A DNA stretch of 64,000 nt from Squalus acanthias (lineage: Eukaryota), in assembly GCA_030390025.1 (NCBI GenBank), contig CM059432.1, positions 32,180,001 through 32,244,000 on the forward strand, read 5' to 3'. A model generated the notes under the pieces. That model searched no databases. It saw nothing but the letters and a program-made list of their open reading frames with translations, and had not been told where the DNA came from. Shown one piece after another: positions 12,920 through 24,210 of the stretch. The translations under genes were made by a program, and so were the position numbers. The stretch's first letter is position 1; each line of letters starts with the position of its first letter.

Positions 12920-13614
12920 GGGGGTAAAATTGGGTTGCTTTGCACCTCCCCTTAGCGCCCTAAGAGGGTGCTAACGGGGTGCAAAGCAACTAGCGCCCGG
13001 GCGCGGCGCCACCCACGCCTCCCGCAAAATTCAGCGGGAGGTTGGCGGCGGCACTAACCGGTAGCGCCCTGCGGCACTGCGCTGCCGGCGATGATGTCAT
13101 CACCGTGCGCAGCGCCCTGCTCGTGCCCCGGCCGTGATCTTCGGGAGCGCCCCCTGACTTACCGCTGGACGCTATGTCCGACGGGGTCAGGGGGGCTTAC
13201 CTGCGGCCGGGGAGGCGCTATTTAAAGGCGAGGTGCAGGGCGGCCATTTTTGTTGCTGGCCGCCTGCCAGCACCTGCCTGCGCTCCCGGCCCCAGCCTCC
13301 TGAATGGCCCCCCACCCCCCTGCAGAGTGCCGGCTGCCCCGGGGGCCCAGCTGGGCCTCGGGTCGCGCTGCGCAAGGCCCCTCCCCTTTAAGAAGGGGAG
13401 GAAGGCCTGCAATACTGCGGCGTGATGTGGCGCTGCGGCACATAGAGCGCGATATTGACTCGCAGCGCCCCAAGAGTATTGCGGGGTGCTCCAGTAGCGC
13501 CCCACTTCCCTCTTGGGGCGCAACCACTCAATTTCCGGCGCGGGGGCACTAACTTTTCCAGGGCACTAAAAGTAGCGCCCCGGCGAAGTTAGCGCCCCAT
13601 TCAATTTTTAGCCC
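12920..13614. mobile_element. GC/CpG-rich MITE (Harbinger-type)
   Basis: TIRs gggggtaaaattgg / tcaatttttagccc; AAA TSD at 12917-19 and 13615-17; repeated AGCGCCC motifs. Confidence 0.8.
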
Positions 13615-13687
13615 AAAGTCTTTAGACTGAGGGTAAAAGCCAGGGCTGGTGTTGATATTTTGCTGGCTATAAATTTGCACATCAATA

Positions 13688-13857
13688 AGGGTTGAAATTT
13701 CAGTTTGTGACGCTATCATCCAAACAGTTAACGTGTGCATAACAAATTCTTCTCTCCGCTAATTTTAATGGAGGAGAAACGGTTATCGTTAAATTAGTGG
13801 GAGGAGGAACTGTGTCAAGCACTCGTACAGAAACACATGACAGTAAGTTTCGACCCT
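13688..13857. mobile_element. Old ~170-bp palindromic MITE
   Basis: Ends agggttgaaattt / aagtttcgaccct; internal dyad ttctctcc..ggaggagaa. Confidence 0.5.
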
Positions 13858-14123
13858 CTAATTTATTATTGGACTGCCAGATAAAAAGAGAGAAAAGTTG
13901 CATTTTAGAGAAGGATAAGTTTTAGAAATTAGCAGAAGCGAGCTTTGTCCAGTGGAATTACAAATTAGGTCAATGTGCCTGATTTGCCACTGAGATACTT
14001 TTCCGTCCATTCATTTTTCATTTTAATGGTCAGATAATTATGCCATGAATGGGGCACATGGCCCTCCACAGCCGAACCCCTGAAATATGCTCCCGTCACG
14101 CTAAGCACTGTACAAAGAATGTT

Positions 14124-15027
14124 GCAGCAAGGAAGATCGAGAAGAGCGTTGGTGCGATGACACAGCCTTGCTTGACCCCGGTTCATACGTGAATTGGGTC
14201 TGTGGTGGATCCATTGGTCAGGATCACGGCTTGCATGTTGTCATGAAGCAGGCGGAGGATGGTGACAAACTTTTGAGGGCAGCCGAATTTGAGGAGGACA
14301 CTCCATAATCCCTCACGGTTGACAGTGTCGAAGACCTTTGTGAGGTCAAAGAAGGCCATGTACAGTGGTTGGTGCTGTTCCCTGCATTTCTCTTGTAATT
14401 GACGCGCGGTAAAGATCGTGCCCATTGTGCCCCTTAGTGGGCGGAATCCGCATTGCGACTCTGGGAGGAGCTCTTCAGCCACTGGGAGAAGGCAATTGAG
14501 GAGGATTCTTGCAATGACTTTCCCTGTGGCAGACAGCAGGGAGACTCCTCTGTAATTATCGCAATCGGACCACAATCGGACAGGCCACATCGTCCACATG
14601 CCCGATACGAGACTCCCAAAGCAAGCGCCCTACTCGGAGCTCTGACACGGCAAGAGAGCCCCAAGTGGGCAGAGGAAACGCTTCAAGGACACCCTCAAAG
14701 CCTCCTTGAAAAAGTGTAACATCCCCACCGACACCTGGGAATCCCTGGCCCAAGACTGCTCAAAGTGGAGAAGAAGCATCCGGGAAGGTACCGAACACCT
14801 CGAGTCTCTTCGCTGGGAGTAAGCGGAAACCAAGCGCAAACAGCGGAAGGAGCGCACGTCAACCCAAGAACCCCACCCACCTGCCCCTTCAGCCACCTGT
14901 CTGCCCCACCTGTGACAGAGACTGTAGGTCCCGCATTGGACTCATCAGTCACCTGAGAACTCATTTTTAATGTGGAAGCAAGTCATCCTCGGTTCCGAGG
15001 GACTGCCTAAGAAGAAGAGAAGAAGAG
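14124..15027 (+). mobile_element. RTE-clade LINE, 5'-truncated, with an inverted 5' segment
   Basis: Minus strand 14124-~14570 encodes NYRGVSLLS..LLPESQCGFR..FDTVNR..GVKQGCVIAPTLFSIF. Plus strand ~14582-15027 holds the C-terminus and a gactgcctaagaagaag tail. TSD acaaagaatgtt at 14112-23 and 15028-39. Confidence 0.9.
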
Positions 15028-17254
15028 ACAAAGAATGTTACATTCTAGAAGCTATCCCGTATAGCTTTATCATGGCTCTCAGAACAATTCCAAAGTGCTT
15101 CATGTCTAATTAATTGTATAGAAGCACAGTCACTGTTATGTCGGCGGATGTGGCAGACAATTTGAGCAGTGCAATGCTCCTAATGACAGTAATGAGATGA
15201 ATGACCAATAGATCTAATTTTATTGGTTGGATATGAGGGCCCTGAAATTCCGCAGCTGTTGCACTGGGATCGCACCCAATGGTGCCCTCCAGAGCTGTCA
15301 CCCCGGCCCCCCACTGGGAGCTTGCGTGGTCAACGAGAGGCCACCTCATTTACATTGGGTAAGCAGGCACAAGAGTCACTCAGCACCCGTTTGCCCAAAA
15401 ACTCTGGTGCTCACCCACCTGAAGTAGGGGGATTGCCCAGACCCACCCTTCGAACCCACCGATGTGAAAGGGGGGAATCATTTGTCAATATCTTTTTTTT
15501 AATTTAAATTCTCCAGGGGTCCAGGTTGTTTGGAGACACATAAGCCACTAAAAGTGGGTGTCATGGATAAAAAGAGCCATTACTGAAGCCAGTAGGATTT
15601 TGGAGTTTAAATAAAAGAAAGACTTCCATTTATACAGCACCTTTCATGACTTTAGGACGTCCCAAAGCGCTTTACAGCCATTGAACAGCTTTTGAAGTGT
15701 AGTCACTGTTGTAATGTAGGAAACACAGCAGCATCCTCCAGCTGTAGATGCTACTCTGAGGTTAGGGCTAAGGCACATTATTGGCACATAAAGAGACCTT
15801 TACTCTGCATTGAACCGTGCTGTACCTGACCTGGGAGTAATGGCTGCTGGCCATTTATTACATTTCTGTTTGTGGGACCTTGCTGTGCGTAGATTGACTG
15901 CCATATTTGTGCTGTATCATTCTATGATTCTACGATTCTATTTCCTACATTACAACAGTAACTACACTTCAAAAGTATATCATTGGCTGTAAGGAGATTT
16001 GGGACATCCTGAGGTCATGAAAGGAACAAGATCTTTCTTTCTTCTTTCTATAGAGTGACCCCTGCTGTTAGTGCTTGTTACAGGAACACGATGGCTAGAT
16101 CAAGCTCGGCTGTGACGAACCTTCCCCCCATAGTCGAAGAACCTGCTGGCACTCATTATCAAGGCTCGTACATGAATAGCAGCCACTTGGGAGAGAGCCT
16201 GGAAGTCTATGTAACACCACTGAGGAGTTAACATCACAGAACTGGCAAGATAAAATGATGGAACTACAATATTATTGGAAGTTCAAAGTAAAATTCTCTG
16301 CACAAATACGCCAACTGTCGTTTTTCACTATGGTCACATTTTATTAGTGGACTTGTGAAAAGAAATCTTTAAATATATTAAAGCTTTGTACGAGGTCTAT
16401 GTGCTGTTTTTGTCATGCAAATATTCATCAGACATAATTCTCAAAGAGGGAATGACACACAGCAGCTCCCAGGCATATAAAATGAATCCCTCAACCAGTC
16501 CATACGAAAATCTTAATACTGCATCAGCTGAGCGACACAGTATGTTTCCTTTGATCAGATACTGAACCAAGGAATGCTTTGCATAATATTAGCCTGGGAG
16601 GCAATTTTGTGCTGTCTTGAGAGCACAGCTTGAGTTGGCTGTGAGAGATTAGGAAAAGTTCATGAAAGTGCTATTGCCCATAATGAAAAGCAGTTACGCT
16701 GGAGACTGCCGAGGTAGTGGCTCTGTGCCATGAACTGGTAGGAGTCTCTGCCTCCCCAGTATGGCAGTGCTAAGGGAGTCTTATCATATGGACTCACATC
16801 TGTGACTTTTTTGTTACGGTTTAGACTGCTCCCAGCTTACTGAACATGCTGCCAGTGATGAGAGAGAAGGCTTTCGTCCCACAAATCTGGGCTGGAATCA
16901 AACGTGGGCCCCGGAGATGAAACCACAACCTCCGTGGCTGCTGCTCATAATACTCTAGTTACAACTGTTTTCTTCATTGTTTTCCTCTCCGGTTCTGAAA
17001 GCGTCTTCTCTAGCAACGGGGTTTCAGACAAGGTCAATGGTCTATATTCGACCATGGAGGCTAACTCAGTCAATTGAGTCCTCACCAGACATCCACGCGC
17101 ATGCACCTTTCAGTGGATAGTGATCGGAACACAACTCTAGCTGATTTTCACTTTTCTAGCCGATGGTTGCTGAGGCCAATTATAATGGGCCAACTCCAGC
17201 CTGGCTGAGAACCTGGGACTTTTTGGTCCAGGTAGAGAGACTGGAGAACCTGGG

Positions 17255-18962
17255 TTGTTCTCCTGGAGTAGACTAGGCCTATATTCTCTAGAGTTTAGAA
17301 GAATGAGAGGTGATCTCATTGAAACATACAAAATTCTTACAGGGCTTGACAGGGTAGATGCAGGGAGGAAGTTTCCCCTGGCTGGGGAGTCTAGAACCAG
17401 GGGTCACAGTCACAGAATAAACAGTTGGCCATTTAGGACTGAGATGAGGAGAAATTTCTTCACTCAGAGGGTGGTGAATCTTTGGAATTCTCTACCCCAG
17501 AGGGCTGTGGAGGCTCAGTCGTTGAGTATATTCAAGACAGAGATTGATAGATTTTTGGATATTTAGGGAATCAAGGGATATGGGGATAGTGCAGGAAAGT
17601 GGAGTTGAGGTAGGAAATCAGCCATGATCTTATTGAATGGCGGAGCAGGGTTGAAGGGCCAAATGGCCTACTCCTGCTCCTATTTCTTACGTTCCTTAGA
17701 GCAGAGAAGGTGCAGAGGAGAGTTGATAGAGGTGTTCAAAATTATGAATGGTTTTGATAGTGTGAATAAACAATTACAACAACAACTTGCATTTATTGCC
17801 TTTAACGTAGTAAAATGTCCCAAGGTGCTTCTTAACAGCGTTATCAAAATTTGATATCGACCCACATAAGGAGATATTAGGACAGATAACCAAAAGCTTG
17901 GTCAAAGAGGTAGGTTGTAAGGAGCATTTTAAAGGAGGAAAGAGAGGTAGAGAGGTTTAGGGCGGGAATGAGTGGATGCGCAAGAGGTCAGAATAGGAGG
18001 AGCGCAGAGATCTTGGAGGGTTGTAGGGCTGGAGGAGGTTACAGAGATAGGGAGCGGGGGGGGGGCGATGCCATGGAGGGATTCGAAAACAAGGATGAGA
18101 ATTTTTAAATTGAGGCATTGCTAGACTGGGAGCCAATGTAGGTCAGCGAGCACAGGGGTGATGGGTGAACGGGACTTTGTGCAAGTTAGGATACGGGCAG
18201 CAGAACTTTGGTTAAGCTCAAGTTTTTGGAGGGTGGAAGATGGGAGTCCGACCAGGAGAGCATTGGAATATTCATGTCTAGAGGTAACAAATGCATGGAT
18301 GACAGTTTCAGCAGGAGATGAGCTGAGACAGGGATGGAGTCGGGCAATGCTACTGAGGAGGAAGTAGGCGGTCTGGGTGATGGAGCGGATATGTGGTCAG
18401 AAGCTAATCTCGGGGTCAAATATGACACCAAGATTGCGAATAGTCTGGTACAGCCTCAGATAGTTGCCAGGGAGAGGGATGCAGTCGGTGGCTAGGGAAT
18501 GGAGTTTGTGGCGGGGACTGAAGACATTGGCTTCGGCCTTCCCAATATTTAGTTGGAGGAAATTTCTGCTCATCCATTACTGGATGTCGAACAAGCAGTG
18601 TGAGAAATTAGAGACAGTGGACAACTAAGGAAAAACTGTTTCCGTGGCAGAAGGGTCAGTAACCAGAGGACACAGATATAAGGTAATTGGCAAAAGAACC
18701 AGAAGCGACATGAGGTAACATTTTTTTACACAGTGAGTTATTGTGATCTGAAATGCAGTGCCTGAAAGGGTGGTGGAAGCCGATTCAATAATAACATTCA
18801 AAGGGAATTGGATAAATACTTGAAGGGAAAATTTTTACAGGGCTGTGGGGAAAGAGCAGGGGACTCGGATTAATTGGATAGCTCTACCAAAGAGCCAGCA
18901 CAGGCATGATGAGCCAAATGGCCTCCTTCTGTGCTGTATCATTCTATGATTCTATGATTCTA
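17255..18962 (+). mobile_element. Two CR1 3' fragments, the second interrupted by an antisense L2 fragment (~17770-18622)
   Basis: ORF 17255-17566 RRMRGDLIETYK..RNFFTQRVVNLWNSLP; L2 tail acaacaacttgcattt at ~17778; CR1 resumes at ~18625 and ends in (attctatg)n. Confidence 0.85.
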
Positions 18963-20163
18963 GGAAGCTCAGTGCCTTTACCTACTGGGGAGAGTTAGTT
19001 GTAGATTTACTGCACAACAGATTTGGGTGCCACTGTATAGAAATGGCATTAAAGCCATGGAGAGCATAGAGCATAGATTACCAAGATGATGTCAGGGATG
19101 GGAAACTATAGTTATAAGGAGCAACTTGAGATACTGGGACTGGTTCTACTTGAGCAGAGAAGGCTAAGAGAAGGATTAATAGAGGTTTTTTAAAATCATG
19201 AAAATTTGCAAGAGTGAAAAGTGGGAGTTTATGATTGAGTGGACAGGCTTCTGACCCTGACAGGACACTACAGATCATCATTTTTTAGGTGTAAGCTTGC
19301 CTCAGTTGTTAGAACTCTCTGAATTTGAAAATTGTGTGTTCAAGTCCAACTCCAGGACTTGAGCATGTAACCTAGGCCGACACTTTAGTGCTGCAATGTT
19401 GAAGGGACAGTCTTTCAGATGAGACGTTAAAACCGCAGCCCAGTTTACATGTTCAAATGGACTTAAACGTTGCATGGCACTTTTCAAAGAAGAGCAGGGA
19501 ATTCTCCTGTGCCGTGGCCAACGTTCCTCCCGCAGCCAACAGCGCTAAAGAAAACAGATTAGCTGGTCATTCATCTCATTTCCTGTACGTGGGGCCTTGT
19601 CTCAGGCAAATTTGGCTGCTACATTAATAGTGACTGCACTTTTTAAGTAATTAATTGTGTGTGAAGTGCTTTGAGACATCCTGAGAAATAAAATGCTATA
19701 AATATGCAAGTTCCTCACCTTTAAAGCTATAGAAAAAGGTAACTTGCAGTTATATTGAAAAGGAAGACTTGCATTTGTACAGCACCTTTAGCAACCTCAG
19801 GACGTCCCAAAGTGCTTCACATCCAATTAAACACTTTTGAAATGTAGTCACTGTTGTAATCTAGGAATTGCAGCAGCCAATTTGTACACATCAAGATCCC
19901 ACCAACAGTAATGTGATAATGACCAGATAATCTGCCTTTAATGATATTGGTTAAGGGATAAATATTCATCAGGCAGAACTCCCCTGCTGTTCTTCGAAAC
20001 AATGCCATGAGAACCTTTACACCCACCTGAGAGGATAGACGGGACCTCGGTTTAATGTCTCATACGAAAGACGGCACCTCCAACAGTGCAGCACTCCCTC
20101 AGTGCTGCACTGAAGTGTCAGCCTAGATTTTGTGCTCAAGTCTCTGGAGTGGGAGAGAAACAG

Positions 20164-20200
20164 AGTTAACGTTTCAGGTCTGTGACCCATCGTCAGAACT
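20164..20200 (-). ncRNA. Minimal type I hammerhead ribozyme motif (Penelope pLTR family 2)
   Basis: Minus strand reads AGUU-CUGACGA-U-GGGUC-aca-GACCU-GAAA-CG-UU-AACU. Confidence 0.65.
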
Positions 20201-20208
20201 GAATCATT

Positions 20209-20971
20209 GGCCCAGAAATTTAGGTCGGAGGCTTCCCGCGGGTGCAAGCATAGCGGGTGCACTTACATAGCGCACCTGCCATTGTGCTGTGGGCCCACGT
20301 AGGATTCGGGTCCTGGGCCTCCTCCAGCTGCCGGTGTGCAGTGCTCGCGTATCCCAGCGGCGCAACTAGTTCGCACCATCCCCTGGGATCACGTGGTCCA
20401 TGGGGAGCCAATCGGAGCAGGGAATCTCCATTCATAGATTTGACAGGAAGACCTGTCAAATCTATGAATAGAGATCGGCCCCAAAACCTAAGTAAAACTT
20501 CAAATAAATTTTAAAAAAAATCACATTTTTAAAATAACTATAAATTACATAAATTAACTATTTTAAACAAAAATTTAAATTTTTGAAAAAATTTATTAAA
20601 GTTTTTAATGGGGCTAAAAATAAACTTACCTTTCTTTAAAGTATTTAAAAATGATAAACCTGTGGAAAAAATGTTTCAATTTTACTTAATTCACCTCTTA
20701 CCTTGTTAAAAGCAGGCCTTGCACCTGCTTTTTCCACGCGCAGCTGCTAGGGACTTACCCGCAAGGAGAATCCTGTAAAAAAAGCGGAAGTTCGATGCGT
20801 ACGCGCTGCCTCTCCCGCGCACGCGGTTGACCCGTGAACCCCTACCTTCAAGAGACCGGAAGTTCCAGTTTTCCGTGCATGCGCAGTGCATGCGCGAAAC
20901 CGGCACTTCCGGTGGCCCTACGGGTGAGTACACAGCGCGTACTCACCCGTGGGGACCCGAATTTCTGGGCC
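20209..20971. mobile_element. MITE (Harbinger-type)
   Basis: TIRs ggcccagaaatttaggtc / gacccgaatttctgggcc; ATT TSD at 20206-08 and 20972-74; CpG-rich arms with an AT-rich centre. Confidence 0.85.
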
Positions 20972-21254
20972 ATTAACTCTGTTTTTCTCTCCACGGATGC
21001 TGCCTGACCTGCTGAGTGTTTCCAGCATTTTCTGTTGTTATTTCAGATTTCCAACATCTGCAGTATTTTGCTATTGTCTCTGGAGTAGAACTTGGACCTA
21101 CAACCTCTGACTCAGATACAAGAGTGTTACCACTGAGCCAAACCTAACACCTAATATGTCCTTTATGTCCTCAGGATGTCCAAAAGCACTTCACAGCCAC
21201 TTCTTAAAGTGTTATGCAATTAAGTTGCACACAGCTAACTCATAGAATCATAGA

Positions 21255-21797
21255 TAATAACAACAGAAAATGCTGGAAATACTCAGCAGGCCAGGCAGCA
21301 TCCGTGGAGAGAGAAACAGAGTTAACGTTTCAGGTCTGGGACCCTTCATCAGAACTGAAAAAAGCTGGAGATGTAACAGATATTAAGCAGGTGCAGAGAC
21401 AGGGGGGAGTTTAGGAGGGGAGGAAGGAATTGAAAGAATATACTGTGCTTATGTAAGAGGCAGGAAAGATAAAATGTTGCAAATGGGAATGGCAAAATCA
21501 TACAGCATGAAAAATGGGGGCAGGGATTATTGTCTGAAATTGGTGAACTCGATGCTGAGTCCAGAAGGCTGTAAAGTGCCTAATCGAAAGATGACGTGCT
21601 GTTCCTCGAGCTTACGTTGAGCTTCATTGGAACAATGTAATAGGCTGAGGACAGAGAGATCAGAGTGGGAGTGGAGCGGAGAATTAAAGTGACAGGCGAC
21701 TGGAAGCTCAGGGTCACCCTTACGGACTGAACGGAGGTGTTCCGCAAAGCGGTCACCCAATCTGCGTTTGGTCTCCCCAATGTAGAGGAGACCGCAG
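21255..21797 (-). mobile_element. Penelope-like element fragment (GIY-YIG C-terminus plus pLTR, family 2)
   Basis: GETKRRLGDRFAEHLRSVRKGDPELPVACHFN..EEQHVIFRLGTLQPSGL (ORF 21527-21760). Confidence 0.9.
21320..21356 (-). ncRNA. Minimal type I hammerhead ribozyme motif with intact core
   Basis: Minus strand reads AGUU-CUGAUGA-A-GGGUC-cca-GACCU-GAAA-CG-UU-AACU: stem I AGUU/AACU, stem II, palindromic minimal stem III. Confidence 0.75.
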
Positions 21798-22322
21798 CTC
21801 TCTGCAAGAGCACTTCAGCTAGTCCCATTCCCCTAGCCTTTCCCTGTAGCCCTGCAAATTTTTTCCTTCAGGTACTTACGCAATTCACTTTTGAAAGCCA
21901 CAATTGAGTCTGCCTCCACCACCCTTTCTGGCAGTGCATTCCAGATCCTAACCACTCGCTGCATCAAAAAGTTATTCCTCATGTTTTGGTCCTTTTGCCA
22001 ATCACCTTAAATCTGTGTCCTCTGGTTCGCGACCCTTCCACCAACAGTTTCTCTCTACCTACTCTGTCCAGACCCCTCATGATTTTGAACACCTCTATCA
22101 AATCTCCTCTCAACCTTCTCTGCTCCAAGGAGAACAACCCCAGCTTCTCTAGTCTATCCACATTACTGAAGTCCCTCATCCCTGGAACTATTCTCTTAAA
22201 TCTTTTCTGCACCCTCTCTAAGGTCTTCACATCCTTCCTAATGTGCGGTGCCCAGAACCAGTGTTTTATAAAGGTTCATCATAACTTCCTTGCTTTTGTA
22301 CTCTATGCCTCTATTAATGAAG

Positions 22323-22683
22323 GTGTCTTCAGGTCTTTTGCAGATCGAGCCATGGGATCTTTTATGTCCAGTTGAATGTGCCTCAATTTGCCATGTTGTC
22401 CAAAAGATGGCACTTCCGACGATGCAGTACTCCCTTAGTCGTGGCGTGGTCCTAGAAACCACAACTTTCTGACTTAGAAACAAAAACAATATGGTCAAAA
22501 CTACATGGGGGACAGGCAGGATCGGAGCGCCACTGACTCATCACTTGGAGCTTCAGGTTATTCACGTAGCTTTGACGATTCTGTATCTCCTCACTTCACC
22601 CGACGAAGGAGTTTTAACTCCGAAAGTTTGTGATTTAAAATAAAACTGTTGGACTATAACCTGGTGTTGTGCGACCTCTCAAT
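22323..22683 (+). mobile_element. Chimeric insertion: 239-bp copy of local DNA joined to a Penelope pLTR 3' end (family 1)
   Basis: TSD tctattaatgaag at 22310-22 and 22684-96; 22332-22570 equals 23224-23462; 22569-22684 matches the pLTR at ~54464-54584. Confidence 0.85.
22596..22633 (+). ncRNA. Degenerate hammerhead ribozyme motif (pLTR family 1)
   Basis: UCAC-CCGACGA-A-GGAGUU-uu-AACUCC-GAAA-GU-UU-GUGA; U4C change in the core. Confidence 0.55.
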
Positions 22684-23814
22684 TCTATTAATGAAGCCCA
22701 GGATCCCGTATGTTTTTTTAACCGCTTTCTCAGCCTGCCCTTCCACCTTCAACGATTTGTGCACATATACCCCCAGGTCTCTCTGTTCATGCACTCCCGT
22801 TAGGATTGTACCCTTTAGTTTATATTGCCTGTCCTCGTTCTTCCTATCAAAATGTATCACTTTGCACTTTTCTGCGTTAAATTTCATCTGCCACGTGTCC
22901 ACCCATTCCACCAGTCTGTCTAGGTCTTCCTGAAGTCTATCACTATCCTCCTCACTGTTCACTATACTTCCAAGCTTTGTGTCATCTGCAAATTTTGAAA
23001 TTGTGCCCTGTACACCCACGTCCAAGTCATTAATATATATCAAGAAAAGCAGTGGTCCTAGTACCGATCCCTGGGGAACACCACTCTATACCTTCCTCCA
23101 GTCCGAAAAACAACCATTCACCACTAGTCCCACAAACAACAAATGAGATGAATGACTAGTTACTTGTTTTCGGTGGTGTTTGTTGAGGGTGGAATGTTGG
23201 CCAGGACATTGGGAGAACTCCCTGGTCTTTTGCAGATCGAGCCATGGGATCTTTTATGTCCAGTTGAATGTGCCTCAATTTGCCATGTTGTCCAAAAGAT
23301 GGCACTTCCGACGATGCAGTACTCCCTTAGTCATGGCGTGGTCCTAGAAACCACAACTTTCTGACTTAGAAACAAAAACAATATGGTCAAAACTACATGG
23401 GGGACAGGCAGGATCGGAGCGCCACTGACTCATCACTTGGAGCTTCAGGTTATTCACGTAGCATTGCTGTTAAGGATATAGAGGATCTAGGGTTAAATTT
23501 AATGGTTGACATGTTATTGAGTGGGGAACAGGTTGGGGGAGGGGTCACAGGGCTGTTGAAGAAAAGCGATTGCCATGAGCTCATTTCTTTAGATTTCTTC
23601 AGGTTAAAGATCTGAGATCACAGTCCATTTTAATTGAACTCGAGAGCCCTCTTCATCAAATTGCTTCATAAATCTCATTTTGAGTTCATTTGAAGGTCTG
23701 TTGGTAAATGTGCAGTCCAGGCTAAGCAAGTTCTATCTCCACTCTGTACTGAGTCGCCTAATGTCAGTGACAGTAAAACTAGCCTAAGTTCATCCAGTTC
23801 AGGAATAACAAAAA

Positions 23815-24210
23815 TTAGATGCAGAGTGAAGCTCCCTCTATCTTTTTCCATTGAGCATTCCCAAGACAGTTACAGATTGAGTTAGATGTAGAATAACACT
23901 CCTTCTATATGGCTCCATCAAGCTCAGGTAAGGTACAGCATGGTGACGTGAGGAGAAAAACTCCCTCTGCCCCATCAGGTACCCCTTAGATCAGTTAAAG
24001 CACAGGTTATAGAAATAAAGAAAAAATAATTTGCATCTATATACCATCTTTCACATTCTTAGGGTGTCCCAAGGCACAGCAAAGTCAATGAATTACTTTT
24101 TGAAATGTAGTCCAAGTTGTTTGGACACAGAGTAAAGCTACCTCTATTCTGTCACATCAAGGACACTCTGGACACACATACCATGGGCTAGGTGCAAAGT
24201 AAAGATCCGT
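23815..24210 (+). repeat. Degenerate ~65-bp tandem repeat (about 5 units) interrupted by a SINE tail
   Basis: Recurrent aga..cagagt(g/a)aagct(c/a)cctcta..catcaa units at ~23817, 23883, 23950, 24124 and 24190. Confidence 0.55.

Larger units (their letters stand above)
19760..21150 (-). mobile_element. SINE family A hosting a Penelope fold-back fragment (20151-21075), which in turn hosts a MITE
   Basis: The SINE is broken at a duplicated gtctctggagt (20140-50, 21076-86). Penelope pLTR pieces lie in opposite orientations on either side of the MITE. Confidence 0.8.
21798..23128 (-). mobile_element. CR1 LINE RT/3' fragment
   Basis: ORFs 22654-23043 IYINDLD..SKFADDTKLG and 21979-22230 LERVQKRF..RGDLIEVFK. 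Confidence 0.9.

Noticed and set aside
13174..13552. Cluster of overlapping GC-rich ORFs or a host CpG-island promoter
   Set aside because: It lies wholly within a TIR/TSD-bounded MITE, and stop-codon scarcity follows from the GC content.
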